A stretch of DNA of 64,000 nt, taken from Patescibacteria group bacterium. GTDB taxonomy: Bacteria; Patescibacteriota; Patescibacteriia; Patescibacteriales; JBAZCA01. The DNA lies in assembly GCA_041661505.1 (NCBI GenBank), contig JBAZUF010000002.1, forward strand, positions 12,201 to 76,200. The letters are read 5' to 3'. The position numbers and the translations under genes are program-made. The notes beneath the pieces were generated by a model. The model ran no database searches and was not told where the DNA came from. It saw only the letters and a list, made by a program, of their open reading frames with translations. Shown piece after piece: positions 19,858 to 29,040 of the stretch (positions are counted from its first letter, which is position 1; each line of letters starts with the position of its first letter).

Positions 19858-20409
19858 TTAAAACTTTACCTTCACTTCCGCCTTTTCTTCTTCATTCGCC
19901 GCGAAAAATTCTCTTGGCTTAAAGCCGAGCATATTGCCAATCATGTTAGTCGGGAAAACTTGAAGTTTAGTGTTGAAGTCGCGGACATTGCCGTTATAGA
20001 ACCTCCGGGCGGCCATAATTTTATCTTCGGTGTCGGTAAGCTCGCGCTGTAATTCCAAAAAATTCTGGTTTGCCTTTAAATCCGGATAAGCTTCGGCTAA
20101 AGCAAAGATGGATTTTAAAGTCTGCGATAGCGCGTTCTCGGCTTTAGCTTTTTCTTCAGCTGATCCGGCGCTCATTGCCGAGTTGCGCGCCTTTATCACA
20201 TTGTCCAAAGTTTCCCGCTCGTGTTTAGCATAGCCTTTTACGGTTTCCACTAAATTCGGAATGAGGTCGTGCCGTCTTTTTAGTTGGACGTCAATATCCG
20301 ACCAGGCTTCGTCTACCCGAAGTTTCAGGCGGATTAATCCGTTATAAAGGGCGATAAGCGCTATGATTATAACCGCGATTACGCCTAAGACGATATAAGT
20401 TGGAGTCAT
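19858..20409 (-). CDS. lemA: LemA family protein
   Basis: 183 aa with an N-terminal TM helix and the block YNGLIRLKLRVDEAWSDIDVQLKRRHDLIPNLV, typical of LemA. Confidence 0.9.
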   Translation of the reverse strand: MTPTYIVLGVIAVIIIALIALYNGLIRLKLRVDEAWSDIDVQLKRRHDLIPNLVETVKGYAKHERETLDNVIKARNSAMSAGSAEEKAKAENALSQTLKSIFALAEAYPDLKANQNFLELQRELTDTEDKIMAARRFYNGNVRDFNTKLQVFPTNMIGNMLGFKPREFFAANEEEKAEVKVKF

Positions 20410-20515
20410 ACTTTGATCAGTTCTTTAGAACTTATTAATTATTAATTTAATATCTTTAAAATATTCTTCTTTAAGCGAACCGTCCGCGTGATCCAGTGAC
20501 TTCCCATTTCCTTCA

Positions 20516-21718
20516 TTATTTTATCTTAAAACTTACATCCACTTTTTCTCCTCGGGCCTTTGTCGCGTAATATCCAGTTAGAATCCCGGCTGTTTTAAGG
20601 ACGTCTTGCTCGTCCTTAACTTCTTCCAGTTTTAGTTTTTTCAATTCCAGCTTTTCAGGAATAGCTAATTTTAGCTCTTTATTATCAATTTTCCAGTCTC
20701 CTTCCATATTCCGAATTAAAGTCGTCGGCCCGTTCAGTTCCTTTAATTTTATCACAATATCCCCAGTTTTTGCTAATTTCTCCAGCTCATTATTTTCCTT
20801 TTCATTCCGGCCGACAATCGCCATTATCCAATGAAAATTTATGTCCGCTTGCACTTTAATATCTTTAAAATTTTTTCCTACGAGCGACTTCAAAGCCTTG
20901 TTTAAGGACAATGTAACTTTTGGCGTTTTTAAACTGGGGTTATTCTGCTCCGACCTGAACCAAAACACTCTCCCGTTTTTCAAAAGTTCCACGTCATCGG
21001 TTTTGCAGGCCGGGCAGTGGGTAACAATGTCTAAAATTTTCTTCGCTCCTTCCGGGTCGGTTAAAAGACAGCCGCCGGCCGGAGAGGGATAATCTTTTAT
21101 CCCATATTTTTCGGCGAGCTTCATCTGCGCCTCCCTTGACCGCCCTTTTATATCTAAAAGCCTCTCCCGTTTCGCGAGTCCCTTTTTTTCAATTTCAGTT
21201 TCCGGTAATAGCTTTGCGGATAACGGCCGAAGCACTTCTATCCCGGCTAACTTTTTAACTTTTTCCAATGCCTCTTTGTTTTGAGAAAAAGGCCGCTGGC
21301 CTAAAACTTCTCCGGTGGCGATAAAATCAAAAATCGCTTCGCTCTTTTCTACTTTTCCCATTCCAGCCAAGGTGTTAGGATTGACCAGCGCCGGATCATT
21401 TTTTATTTCCGTCTTTAAATATTTTGCCGCTTCTTTAATCATCAATGAATGGCAGTCAATGCAAGGGTTCATGTTTTTCCCGTAGCCGCAACTCGGACAT
21501 TTTACTAATTCTAAGATCTTTTCCGAGATATCTTCTTCAATTAACGGTACGCCGATTTGGCCGGCCGACTTCCTCGCCCGCTCGCAATTAAAAAAATTAC
21601 TGGAAAAGCAAATGCCAGTAACCGAAATCCCCTGATCTTTTAAAACTTCGCAGGCGAGCATTGAGTCCAGCCCGCCGGATAACAAAACCAGGGCTTTTAT
21701 TTTTTTATTATTGGCCAT
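20516..21718 (-). CDS. PP-loop ATP pyrophosphatase, MnmA/ThiI-like tRNA sulfurtransferase family
   Basis: 400 aa with the PP-loop LLSGGLDS at the N-terminus, a MnmA-like block (NMNPCIDCHSLMIKEAAKYL) and a C-terminal domain of unknown type. Confidence 0.6.
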   Translation of the reverse strand: MANNKKIKALVLLSGGLDSMLACEVLKDQGISVTGICFSSNFFNCERARKSAGQIGVPLIEEDISEKILELVKCPSCGYGKNMNPCIDCHSLMIKEAAKYLKTEIKNDPALVNPNTLAGMGKVEKSEAIFDFIATGEVLGQRPFSQNKEALEKVKKLAGIEVLRPLSAKLLPETEIEKKGLAKRERLLDIKGRSREAQMKLAEKYGIKDYPSPAGGCLLTDPEGAKKILDIVTHCPACKTDDVELLKNGRVFWFRSEQNNPSLKTPKVTLSLNKALKSLVGKNFKDIKVQADINFHWIMAIVGRNEKENNELEKLAKTGDIVIKLKELNGPTTLIRNMEGDWKIDNKELKLAIPEKLELKKLKLEEVKDEQDVLKTAGILTGYYATKARGEKVDVSFKIK

Positions 21719-21720
21719 AT

Positions 21721-22083
21721 TTAACTAAAATATTTTTTAACCAAATCCTCGTTATCGCAAACTTCTAAATTCTTATTTTTTCCGAGAGAATAACAGCCCA
21801 AAATTCCCGAACCCAGATTGTAGGCTTCCCCGGACTTTTCTTTTGATGCCATCCTCGCGGCTATCAGGCTTCTTGCCCCGCTCCGGCAAATAAAAACTAC
21901 CTTTTTCTCCCAGTCTATTTCGTCCATCCTTACGCTAATTTCATCCAAAGGTATGAGCTTTGATCCCTTAATATGGATTATTTCATACTCATCGGGGCTC
22001 CTGACGTCAATAATCTCAAGCTTTTCCTTATTATCGTCGAGCAAATGGCATAATTCTCGAGCTTTAATCTCTTTTATTGCCAT
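21721..22083 (-). CDS. Single-domain rhodanese sulfurtransferase
   Basis: Active-site loop CRSGARS. The start is probably MAIKEIKAR (22083) rather than the track start at 22122. The gene ends 2 nt upstream of the PP-loop gene. Confidence 0.8.
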   Translation of the reverse strand: MAIKEIKARELCHLLDDNKEKLEIIDVRSPDEYEIIHIKGSKLIPLDEISVRMDEIDWEKKVVFICRSGARSLIAARMASKEKSGEAYNLGSGILGCYSLGKNKNLEVCDNEDLVKKYFS

Positions 22084-22137
22084 ACAAAATAAATAGACGC
22101 CTGGGCTTAACGAATATTTCATTAAACTTGCCTTTAT

Positions 22138-25071
22138 TTATTTTTTCTTAATTCCGAGCCAGGCCTTCCCATCTTCTATCTTCACAGTTTTCTCGGCGTC
22201 AACGCCGTCTTTTTTTCCTTCAGCCATTTGGCTGGCCAAAGTTTCTTTTATTATAGAGTCCTTATATTTTTCAATCGCTTTTTTTGCTTCCTTATCCTCG
22301 GTTTCATAATATATTTCAATCGTATCTTTAATCGTTAACCCTGCGTCTTTCCGCATACCATTAATCAGACGAACAATCTCCCGCTTTATGCCTTCTTGTT
22401 TTAATTCGGGTGTCAAAGCCGTATCGAGCTCAACTTCCATATTACCCTGGCCTTCATATACTGCCACTTCTTTCACATTCACCTCATCTTTTATTAATCC
22501 AATATACTCATCATCAATTTCTACTTTGGCGTTTACCACTTCTAATTTCGCCAAAGGCTGCCGGACTTTTATTCCGGCCTCATCGCGTTTGGCTAAAGCC
22601 AGTTCAACGACATTTCTCGCTACCTGCATTTTTTCAATTATTTTCTCATCAACTTTTCCCGCCTTGGGCCACGCTTCCAAATGCACGCTCCTGTTTTCAT
22701 CGGAAAAATTATTACCCGCTACCCTCTGCCAAATTTCTTCGGCTATAAACGGCGTAAACGGTGCCATTACTTTTGAAAGTTGAATCAAAACGTATCGCGT
22801 CACTTCCAGAGCCGAGTTTTTGTCGTCCAGATCATCAGCCTTAAACCGATCTCTTGACCGCCTAATATACCAAGTTGATAAATCATCGATAAAATCGGCA
22901 ATCGGCCGGGTCGCCTGGGGCAAATTATAGCTTTCCATGGCCTTGGTTGCTTCGGCTATAAGCTGGTTTAACCGAGCCGCTATCCATTGGTCTAAAATAT
23001 TTTTACTCTTCGGCTCTTTATTTCCCGCGTCCATTTTTTCCTCTCCGGCAAACATCTCATAAAACTTATAGACATTCCAAACCAGCATATCCACTTTTCT
23101 CAAAGCGTCCGACACGCCCTTTTCGGAAAAATTCAGGTTTTCAGCCAGCATCACCGGTGAGGTTAATAAATAATACCTCAAAGCGTCCGCCCCGTACTTT
23201 TCAAAAATCAAGCTCGGGTCCGGGTAATTTTGCAAACGCTTGGACATCTTTTTACCGTCTTCGGCTAATACTATGCCGTTAACAATGACGTTCTTAAAAG
23301 CCGGCTTGTTTTTAATCGCCGTGGCAATGACGTGCAAATAATAAAACCAGGCGCGGGTTTGATCTACGCCTTCAGCAATAAACTGGGCCGGAAAATTGGC
23401 TTCGAACTTTTCTTTATTTTCAAACGGGTAGTGCTCCTGGGCGTAAGGCATAGAGCCCGAATCAAACCAGGTATCTAAAACGTCCGGAATTCTTTTCATT
23501 GTTCCCGCGCATTTTTCGCAGGAAAAAGTTATCCCGTCGACTATGTGCTTATGGATATCGATAATCTTTTGACCGCTTAATTTTTCCAGTTCGCTGATTG
23601 ATCCGATAACTTTTAACTCCTCGCATTTTTCGCATCGCCAAATTGGTATAACTGAAGCCCAGAATCTTTGCCTCGAAATTGACCAGTCGCGCGCGCCGGC
23701 TAACCAGTTGCCGAAGCGGCCTTCCTTAATATGCTCGGGCGACCAATTAATTTTTTCCGCGTGCTTTAGGGCTTTGTCCTTAACTGCCGTTACTTTTACA
23801 AACCAGGAAGTCGTCGCGTAATTTATTAAAGGTGTTTCGCACCTCCAGCAATGCGGGTAGCTATGTTCAAATTTTTCTTTAGAAAAAAGCAAATCTTTCT
23901 TTGCCAGATATTTTATAATCTCCACGTCAGTGGCCTGCGGATTTTCAATCGGTTTTACGTTCATCCCGGCAAACTCACCGGCCTCTTTCTTGATGCTCCC
24001 GTCCATTTTTACATGCTGAATGAATGGCAATTTTTTCTCTTTGCCCAGATTCATGTCGTCTTCGCCAAAAGCCGGCGCTATGTGCACCACTCCGGTCCCG
24101 TCTTCGGTTGTAACAAAATCGCCGGAATATATTTTCCATCCGTTTCCCCGATTTTCCAATTTATCATTTTTGGAATAATAGTCAAAGAGAGGTTTGTATT
24201 TTTTTCCAACCAATCCCTTGCCGTTAATCTCCCCTACAATCTCAAATTCTTTTCCCTCCAAAACTTTTTCTACCCGTTCTTTAGCCAAAACTAAATACTC
24301 GCCGGCCAATTTAATTTTTACATACACAATATCTTCCCCCACCGCCAAAGCCGCGTTGCCGATTAAGGTCCAGGGCGTTGTAGTCCAAGCTAGAACATAA
24401 GTCCCGGGCTCATCTTCTAATTCAAACTTAACTGTCGCCGACAAATCTTTGATCATCTTGTAGCCCTCGGCCACTTCCTGTTGCGATAAAGTCGTCTCGC
24501 AGCGCGGGCAAATATGCATGGAGCGGTAATCTTCGTAAACCAATCCTTTATCCCACAGCTCTTTAAAAACCCACCAAACCGATTCCATGAAAGATAAATC
24601 CATGGTCTTGTAAGGATTTTCCATGTCAGCCCAGCGCCCTAAGCGGGGAATTACTTTTTTCCATTCATCCACGTATTCTAAAACTTTTGACCGGCATCTT
24701 TCGTTAAACTCGGCCACGCCCATATCCTCAATATCTTTTTTACTCTTTGAGCCCATTTCCTTCTCAACGATATTTTCGATCGGCAGGCCGTGGCAATCCC
24801 AGCCCCATCTTCTTTCCACCCGGTAGCCTTGCATAGTGAAGTAGCGCGGCACGGCGTCTTTCATAACCGAAGCGACGATATGGCCGTAATGCGGAGTGCC
24901 GGTCGCAAACGGCGGTCCGTCATAAAAAACATAATCGCCCTTGGGTTTAGCGCCCGCCGGATTTTCCACTGACTTCTCGAAAATTTTTGATTTATTCCAA
25001 AACGCCAAAACTTCCTCTTCCATCTTAGGAAAAGGGTTGCCCGACTGTTTTGGTTTTTCCTCTTTTGCCAT
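22138..25071 (-). CDS. ileS: Isoleucyl-tRNA synthetase (type 2, eukaryote-like)
   Basis: 977 aa with the HIGH-type block PPFATGTPHYGHIV, WGWDCHGLP and the KMSKS variant KMSKRLQN. Confidence 0.93.
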   Translation of the reverse strand: MAKEEKPKQSGNPFPKMEEEVLAFWNKSKIFEKSVENPAGAKPKGDYVFYDGPPFATGTPHYGHIVASVMKDAVPRYFTMQGYRVERRWGWDCHGLPIENIVEKEMGSKSKKDIEDMGVAEFNERCRSKVLEYVDEWKKVIPRLGRWADMENPYKTMDLSFMESVWWVFKELWDKGLVYEDYRSMHICPRCETTLSQQEVAEGYKMIKDLSATVKFELEDEPGTYVLAWTTTPWTLIGNAALAVGEDIVYVKIKLAGEYLVLAKERVEKVLEGKEFEIVGEINGKGLVGKKYKPLFDYYSKNDKLENRGNGWKIYSGDFVTTEDGTGVVHIAPAFGEDDMNLGKEKKLPFIQHVKMDGSIKKEAGEFAGMNVKPIENPQATDVEIIKYLAKKDLLFSKEKFEHSYPHCWRCETPLINYATTSWFVKVTAVKDKALKHAEKINWSPEHIKEGRFGNWLAGARDWSISRQRFWASVIPIWRCEKCEELKVIGSISELEKLSGQKIIDIHKHIVDGITFSCEKCAGTMKRIPDVLDTWFDSGSMPYAQEHYPFENKEKFEANFPAQFIAEGVDQTRAWFYYLHVIATAIKNKPAFKNVIVNGIVLAEDGKKMSKRLQNYPDPSLIFEKYGADALRYYLLTSPVMLAENLNFSEKGVSDALRKVDMLVWNVYKFYEMFAGEEKMDAGNKEPKSKNILDQWIAARLNQLIAEATKAMESYNLPQATRPIADFIDDLSTWYIRRSRDRFKADDLDDKNSALEVTRYVLIQLSKVMAPFTPFIAEEIWQRVAGNNFSDENRSVHLEAWPKAGKVDEKIIEKMQVARNVVELALAKRDEAGIKVRQPLAKLEVVNAKVEIDDEYIGLIKDEVNVKEVAVYEGQGNMEVELDTALTPELKQEGIKREIVRLINGMRKDAGLTIKDTIEIYYETEDKEAKKAIEKYKDSIIKETLASQMAEGKKDGVDAEKTVKIEDGKAWLGIKKK

Positions 25072-25106
25072 AATTATTATTTAAGTGAGCTCATTGCTAT
25101 AATCCT

Positions 25107-25135
25107 ATATTATTGAAAATTTAGCTAATTGTCAA
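25107..25135 (-). promoter_or_regulatory. Sigma70-type promoter for ileS
   Basis: The minus strand reads TTGACA (25135-25130), a 17-nt spacer, then TAATAT (25112-25107). The -10 is about 35 nt from the ileS ATG, so there is no room for a T-box leader. Confidence 0.65.
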
Positions 25136-25170
25136 AGAAAAAAGGCCAGTCCCGCGGGATGGCCTTTGAA
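25134..25170 (-). terminator. Rho-independent terminator after the CDP-alcohol phosphatidyltransferase operon
   Basis: Hairpin ggcca...tggcc with an inner tccc/ggga stem. On the minus strand it is followed by TTTTTTCTTT. Confidence 0.6.
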
Positions 25171-25196
25171 AAAACTCTTCACAGCCGATTGCCGGT

Positions 25197-25901
25197 CTAA
25201 ACCAGGATAGACCGGACAAAGGTGTACGCTTGATGAAATCTCTTCGGCATTATCCGCCAGTTGCTTTTCAGGTAGCAGACCAGCGCAGCCAAAGAAAAAA
25301 TCATCAAAACTGAATAGGAGAAGTTAGGGTTGGCCGCGAACCACGAACCCGCGGACTGAAGGAGCAAAAACGGCCAGGGAAAATCCGGAAACTCGGCGAC
25401 AATCAGGAGGGAAAATATCCCTATCTGAATTACTCTCCGAATTTTTCCCATTATATGATGGCTGGCGATATAGCGGCCGCATCCCAACGCCCAGATGCTA
25501 ATCTCCGCCAGGATCATGACAATTATCTGCCAATACAGGAAGAAGCCGAAGGCAATAATTATCCCATACTGGCAAATCGAAACACCAGCAGTCAAGTTAT
25601 CCCGAATCGGGTCGGCCGCCTTTCCCACTCGGGATTTTTGCCCGGTCCACTTTGCGACGAGCCCGTCGGCGACGTCAGTAATACTCTCGAAGATGACAAG
25701 CCAGAGGGTAATTATTGAGCACTGAAGCCCAGAATCCGCGACCAGAGCAAAGCGGACAACAGCCGACACCATGCCGGTGAAAGTTATGAGGTTCGGCCAG
25801 GTCAGCCAGCGGTCAAGATATTCCGGTTTACCCTCTGGGTCAGTAGCCAGCCACCAGACCAAAAATGACCAAACCTTTTTCGGGGCTTTCGTTAGCTGCA
25901 T
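25197..25901 (-). CDS. CDP-alcohol phosphatidyltransferase family protein
   Basis: 234-aa polytopic membrane protein. DVADGLVAKWTGQKSRVGKAADPIRD fits the exact spacing D1xxD4G5xxA8(R/K)9x8G18xxxD22xxxD26. Confidence 0.8.
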   Translation of the reverse strand: MQLTKAPKKVWSFLVWWLATDPEGKPEYLDRWLTWPNLITFTGMVSAVVRFALVADSGLQCSIITLWLVIFESITDVADGLVAKWTGQKSRVGKAADPIRDNLTAGVSICQYGIIIAFGFFLYWQIIVMILAEISIWALGCGRYIASHHIMGKIRRVIQIGIFSLLIVAEFPDFPWPFLLLQSAGSWFAANPNFSYSVLMIFSLAALVCYLKSNWRIMPKRFHQAYTFVRSILV

Positions 25902-26419
25902 GGCTTCCTCCCAATCTTTTCACGGTTAAATTGTCCTCTGTCCAGGTCGTACTTTATAATGCCCCTGGGACAATTTGTCGACGCATCCAAGATTGTGTAC
26001 TGAAACACCCTTGGATGTTCAGGGTCAAAGTTAACGAAGCTGCTAAGCTCCTCTTTTGCCCCCAGTCTGCAGACTTCAAAAATTTCCGGACTGGAGTCGC
26101 GCTTAGCGAAGATGCCATACGAGGTAATAATCACTACCTCGCCATTAACTCCAGGAAAAAAGTCGAGAAGGCATCCGAACTTAGTATAACTGATAAAGAA
26201 AATCTCTTTTCCGGTGATGCGGATTTCTGTTCCGACGGATCGGCGCTGGCCATCCTGATACTCAATAATCGGGATAACTTTTGAAGGCTTGCCACCGTAA
26301 CTGTATTCGATGGGGTCCCCGAAAGCTATGAGCGCTTTGCCGTCCTGGCAGAAGACAAAAGCAGGAAAGGATAAAAAAATGGTGAGTAGCAAACAACATA
26401 AAAATACTCTTCTCTTCAT
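25892..26419 (-). CDS. Hypothetical secreted protein
   Basis: 175 aa with an N-terminal signal peptide (LLLTIFLSFPAFVFCQ) and a strong SD (GGGGGAGAG) 5 nt upstream of the ATG. It overlaps the downstream phosphatidyltransferase gene by 10 nt. No family was recognised. Confidence 0.55.
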   Translation of the reverse strand: MKRRVFLCCLLLTIFLSFPAFVFCQDGKALIAFGDPIEYSYGGKPSKVIPIIEYQDGQRRSVGTEIRITGKEIFFISYTKFGCLLDFFPGVNGEVVIITSYGIFAKRDSSPEIFEVCRLGAKEELSSFVNFDPEHPRVFQYTILDASTNCPRGIIKYDLDRGQFNREKIGRKPCS

Positions 26420-26548
26420 GATCTCTCCCCCTCGAGTGATACGTGAAGCTGTTTAATATAAAAAGAGCGGCACAATACCGCTTATTTTACGAATTTTAGC
26501 GTATGCGCTTGCTTATAAAATAATATATTTTGAGAATTTTCACAACAG

Positions 26549-26577
26549 TTGACTTTTATATTAAAATATGCTATATT
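26549..26577 (+). promoter_or_regulatory. Sigma70-type promoter for the putative lipoprotein gene
   Basis: TTGACT (26549-26554), a 17-nt spacer, then TATATT (26572-26577). This leaves a 5' UTR of about 175 nt. Confidence 0.65.
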
Positions 26578-26758
26578 AAAATGTTTCCTGGCCATATATT
26601 TTGTCGGGAGGATAATTTTTTATCAAAAACAGGCAGAAAATTCGATCTTTTAAAATATCTAAGAATCACACGGGTTAAGCGGCTTTAGTGAAGGCCATTC
26701 TATCCGTGTAATTCTTTAGGCATTCCATTTTTTTCACCCATTCAGAAAAGGAAAGAAA

Positions 26759-27256
26759 ATGAAAAATGTGTTGGCAATTTTGGCTATTGTCTGCCTCTGT
26801 ACCGCTTGTGGCGGAGTAAGAGAGGCTCGTCTGAATCTAACATCAAATGGAGCGACCTTTGAGGAGGTAAATTATTCTCTTTTGGCTCCTCCGCTCGATC
26901 CCGAGTCAATGGCTAGGGCCTATCAGATTAAGAAGGAGGCGGATATGATGGAAAAACATTCTGCTCTTTCGACTGGCCAGGAAGGCGGTTGGGGCCCGGC
27001 CAACTATGGCCTGGTATTCAACCGAATGTCATCCCTTAGGACCGCCAAGGTCTTCAGGAACGGCGGGAGGGAGCCGGTGGCCGTTTTTGTTCTTGACGGC
27101 GGTGGAAAGGAATACGCCAATCTCCCCTTCGGGTGGTATTATGTTCGCTGGGAAGATGGGCGGGAGGCCAAAGCCGGCGAAAAGTTTCATGTAACCCCTC
27201 TCAAGAAGGTAAAATTTGAGGGGGAAGAATACGGCTGGGTTCAGTACATCCAATAA
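26759..27256 (+). CDS. Hypothetical secreted protein or lipoprotein
   Basis: 165 aa with signal peptide MKNVLAILAIVCLCTACGG (imperfect lipobox ending in Cys) and SD AAGGAAAG upstream. No family was recognised. Confidence 0.55.
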   Translation: MKNVLAILAIVCLCTACGGVREARLNLTSNGATFEEVNYSLLAPPLDPESMARAYQIKKEADMMEKHSALSTGQEGGWGPANYGLVFNRMSSLRTAKVFRNGGREPVAVFVLDGGGKEYANLPFGWYYVRWEDGREAKAGEKFHVTPLKKVKFEGEEYGWVQYIQ

Positions 27257-27290
27257 AAGCCCTTTTCTTGGGCCATACCCTCTGTATTCA

Positions 27291-27324
27291 AAAAGGACAT
27301 CACGCGTGATGTCCTTTTTTCTTT
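27291..27324. terminator. Bidirectional rho-independent terminator
   Basis: Palindrome aaaaggacatca-cgcg-tgatgtcctttt followed by ttctttg. It lies between convergent genes ending at 27256 (+) and 27346 (-). Confidence 0.85.
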
Positions 27325-27345
27325 GAGAACAATTTTTTAATTTAA

Positions 27346-27762
27346 CTATCCTCCACTAGGGTTTCCTACACCTCCGCTCCAGGGAAGATAATAGAAAACA
27401 AAATAGGTAATTACGTATGCGGCGACTATTATTACCAGTCCGATTACCGCATGGCGGATTTGGTCTAGGGCCTCCTGGGTTTTCTTCTCGTCACCCCGGG
27501 CGTTTAAATATTTGAAGCCGGCTAAAACGATCAAAATAACGAATATCAAGCCTAAAATCGCGTAAAACCCGGTTAAGATCGCCGCGATTACCGAACCTAT
27601 GCTTACTGTCCCGCCGGTTTCATATCCTCCGTAAGTAGCAGTATTTTGGGCGAAATTTTTTATATCTCCGCTTAAATTGCTATTAAGAAAGGACGCGGCG
27701 AGGCAGGAGGACGGAAAAAATATGAGGCAGGCGAATAAAATTTTTAACAGAAAATTTTTCAT
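27346..27762 (-). CDS. TrbC/VirB2-like (T4SS-pilin-like) small membrane protein, paralog 6 of 6
   Basis: 138 aa with a signal peptide (..SSCLA|AS) and a variable G/T-rich segment. TM1-loop-TM2 core: LAGFKYLNARGDEKKTQEALDQIRHAVIGLVIIVAAY. It has a Gly-rich C-terminal tail. Confidence 0.7.
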   Translation of the reverse strand: MKNFLLKILFACLIFFPSSCLAASFLNSNLSGDIKNFAQNTATYGGYETGGTVSIGSVIAAILTGFYAILGLIFVILIVLAGFKYLNARGDEKKTQEALDQIRHAVIGLVIIVAAYVITYFVFYYLPWSGGVGNPSGG

Positions 27763-27763
27763 T

Positions 27764-28174
27764 TTATTTAATCAAGTAGCTGGATATAAAATACCAGATC
27801 GCGTAAGCGCCAACGATAATGCATAATCCGATTATTGCCTGGCGGATTGTCGCCAGCGACTTTTTTATCCTCTCTTCTTCGCCATGGGCGACCAAATAAT
27901 TATAGCCGCCGTAGATAACATATACCAAAAATAATATTCCAAGGAGGGAAAGAAAGGCTTTGATGGCGGCGCCAAAAATTTGTTTTAGCGAATCGCTGGT
28001 AACCGCGGCATAACCCGCGTTAGTCGCCACTATCTTCATTTTATTGGTCAGGACATTTTTCGTACTTTCCGTTTCAGCAAAAGACGCGCTGGGGAAAATG
28101 AGCAAAAAGTTGAACAAGAAAAAAGCAAAAAGAATAACCCCCGCGAAAAACTTTTTATTCTTGAATATTTTCAT
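27764..28174 (-). CDS. TrbC/VirB2-like small membrane protein, paralog 5 of 6
   Basis: 136 aa with a signal peptide (..SASFA|ET). Core: YGGYNYLVAHGEEERIKKSLATIRQAIIGLCIIVGAY. There is a 1-nt gap to the next paralog. Confidence 0.7.
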   Translation of the reverse strand: MKIFKNKKFFAGVILFAFFLFNFLLIFPSASFAETESTKNVLTNKMKIVATNAGYAAVTSDSLKQIFGAAIKAFLSLLGILFLVYVIYGGYNYLVAHGEEERIKKSLATIRQAIIGLCIIVGAYAIWYFISSYLIK

Positions 28175-28176
28175 AG

Positions 28177-28578
28177 CTATTCGAGTAAAAATCCCAAAGC
28201 GGTGGTCGCGAAATTAGCCAAAGCGTACGCCCCGACCGCGATAATCAGTCCGATAACCGCGTTCCTCATTATATCCTGGGCCTTTTTTACCTTTTCGTCG
28301 TTTCCCATCGCCTGCATCCATTCCAAGCCGCCGTAAATTATGAGGCAAAGGAATATTATCCCTAAAGCGACGATCATGAGATTAACCGCTTTGCCGATAT
28401 ATTTGAATAAAGCGTCTTTATCGGTATCTTCTTTGAATCCCGCGCCGGTATTGAATTTTTTTAAATTGGCGTCAAAAGCATCATTAATTCCGGCCGCTTC
28501 AAGGCGAGGGGCGCTCGCGAGTAAAACCGCGGAAAAACAAATTGATAAAATAAAAATGGATAGTAATAAATATTTCAT
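28177..28578 (-). CDS. TrbC/VirB2-like small membrane protein, paralog 4 of 6
   Basis: 133 aa with a signal peptide (..PRLEA|AG). Core: YGGLEWMQAMGNDEKVKKAQDIMRNAVIGLIIAVGAY. Confidence 0.7.
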   Translation of the reverse strand: MKYLLLSIFILSICFSAVLLASAPRLEAAGINDAFDANLKKFNTGAGFKEDTDKDALFKYIGKAVNLMIVALGIIFLCLIIYGGLEWMQAMGNDEKVKKAQDIMRNAVIGLIIAVGAYALANFATTALGFLLE

Positions 28579-28587
28579 TTGATATAT

Positions 28588-29019
28588 TTACTTCGCGATA
28601 AGAATATTACCGATAAACTTCGTTAAAGCGTAGGCGCCGAGGACGATAATAAGGCCAATCATGGCGTCGTTTAGCATAGACATAGCTTTTTTTGATTCTT
28701 CGGCATTGCCCCGAGCCATCATCCAGGCGGCCCCGGCGTACATCATTAGCCCTAAAAATATAATCCCTAAAAAAGTCAGGGCGACCCCGACATACTTGCC
28801 GGCCGCGGTATATATGTTAAAGCTTGACTGGGAGGAAGAATAACCCGTTCCAAAAGCATTGTCGGCGGTGGTATTTAGGCCGGTCATAGCATTACTCGCA
28901 TAAGTGTCAGCAGAGGCTTTTTCCGCCCCCAGCCAAAAAGACTGAATCGGGGAAAAAAGGAAAAATACGAAAACCAGAGCCGGTAAAGCTGATTTAGATA
29001 TGGAGAGGTTAAATTTCAT
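28588..29019 (-). CDS. TrbC/VirB2-like small membrane protein, paralog 3 of 6
   Basis: The track ORF starts at a GTG (29055). The ATG at 29019 gives a proper signal peptide (MKFNLSISKSALPALVFVFFLF...KASA|D). It has a Ser/Thr-rich variable region (GYSSSQSS). Core: YAGAAWMMARGNAEESKKAMSMLNDAMIGLIIVLGAY. Confidence 0.7.
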   Translation of the reverse strand: MKFNLSISKSALPALVFVFFLFSPIQSFWLGAEKASADTYASNAMTGLNTTADNAFGTGYSSSQSSFNIYTAAGKYVGVALTFLGIIFLGLMMYAGAAWMMARGNAEESKKAMSMLNDAMIGLIIVLGAYALTKFIGNILIAK

Positions 29020-29040
29020 AGTCAAAAAATTTTGGCTAAA

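Noticed and set aside
19573-20052. 159-aa plus-strand ORF across the htpX-lemA junction
   Set aside because: It overlaps lemA and the small minus-strand ORF. The minus-strand genes are tightly packed, with coherent TM and LemA features.
25197-27300. Apparent locally higher GC content of the phosphatidyltransferase/secreted-protein/lipoprotein block, as evidence of horizontal transfer
   Set aside because: This is an impression from reading only. I could not compute windowed GC or codon statistics, and no mobility genes flank the block, so it is not reported as a finding.
27346-27390. LPWSG near the C-terminus of pilin paralog 6 as a possible sortase (LPXTG-like) sorting signal
   Set aside because: The motif lies after TM2 at the extreme C-terminus, with no following hydrophobic segment or basic tail, and no sortase gene is in the window. 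It is more likely a Gly-rich tail, though C-terminal processing as in TrbC/VirB2 cannot be excluded.
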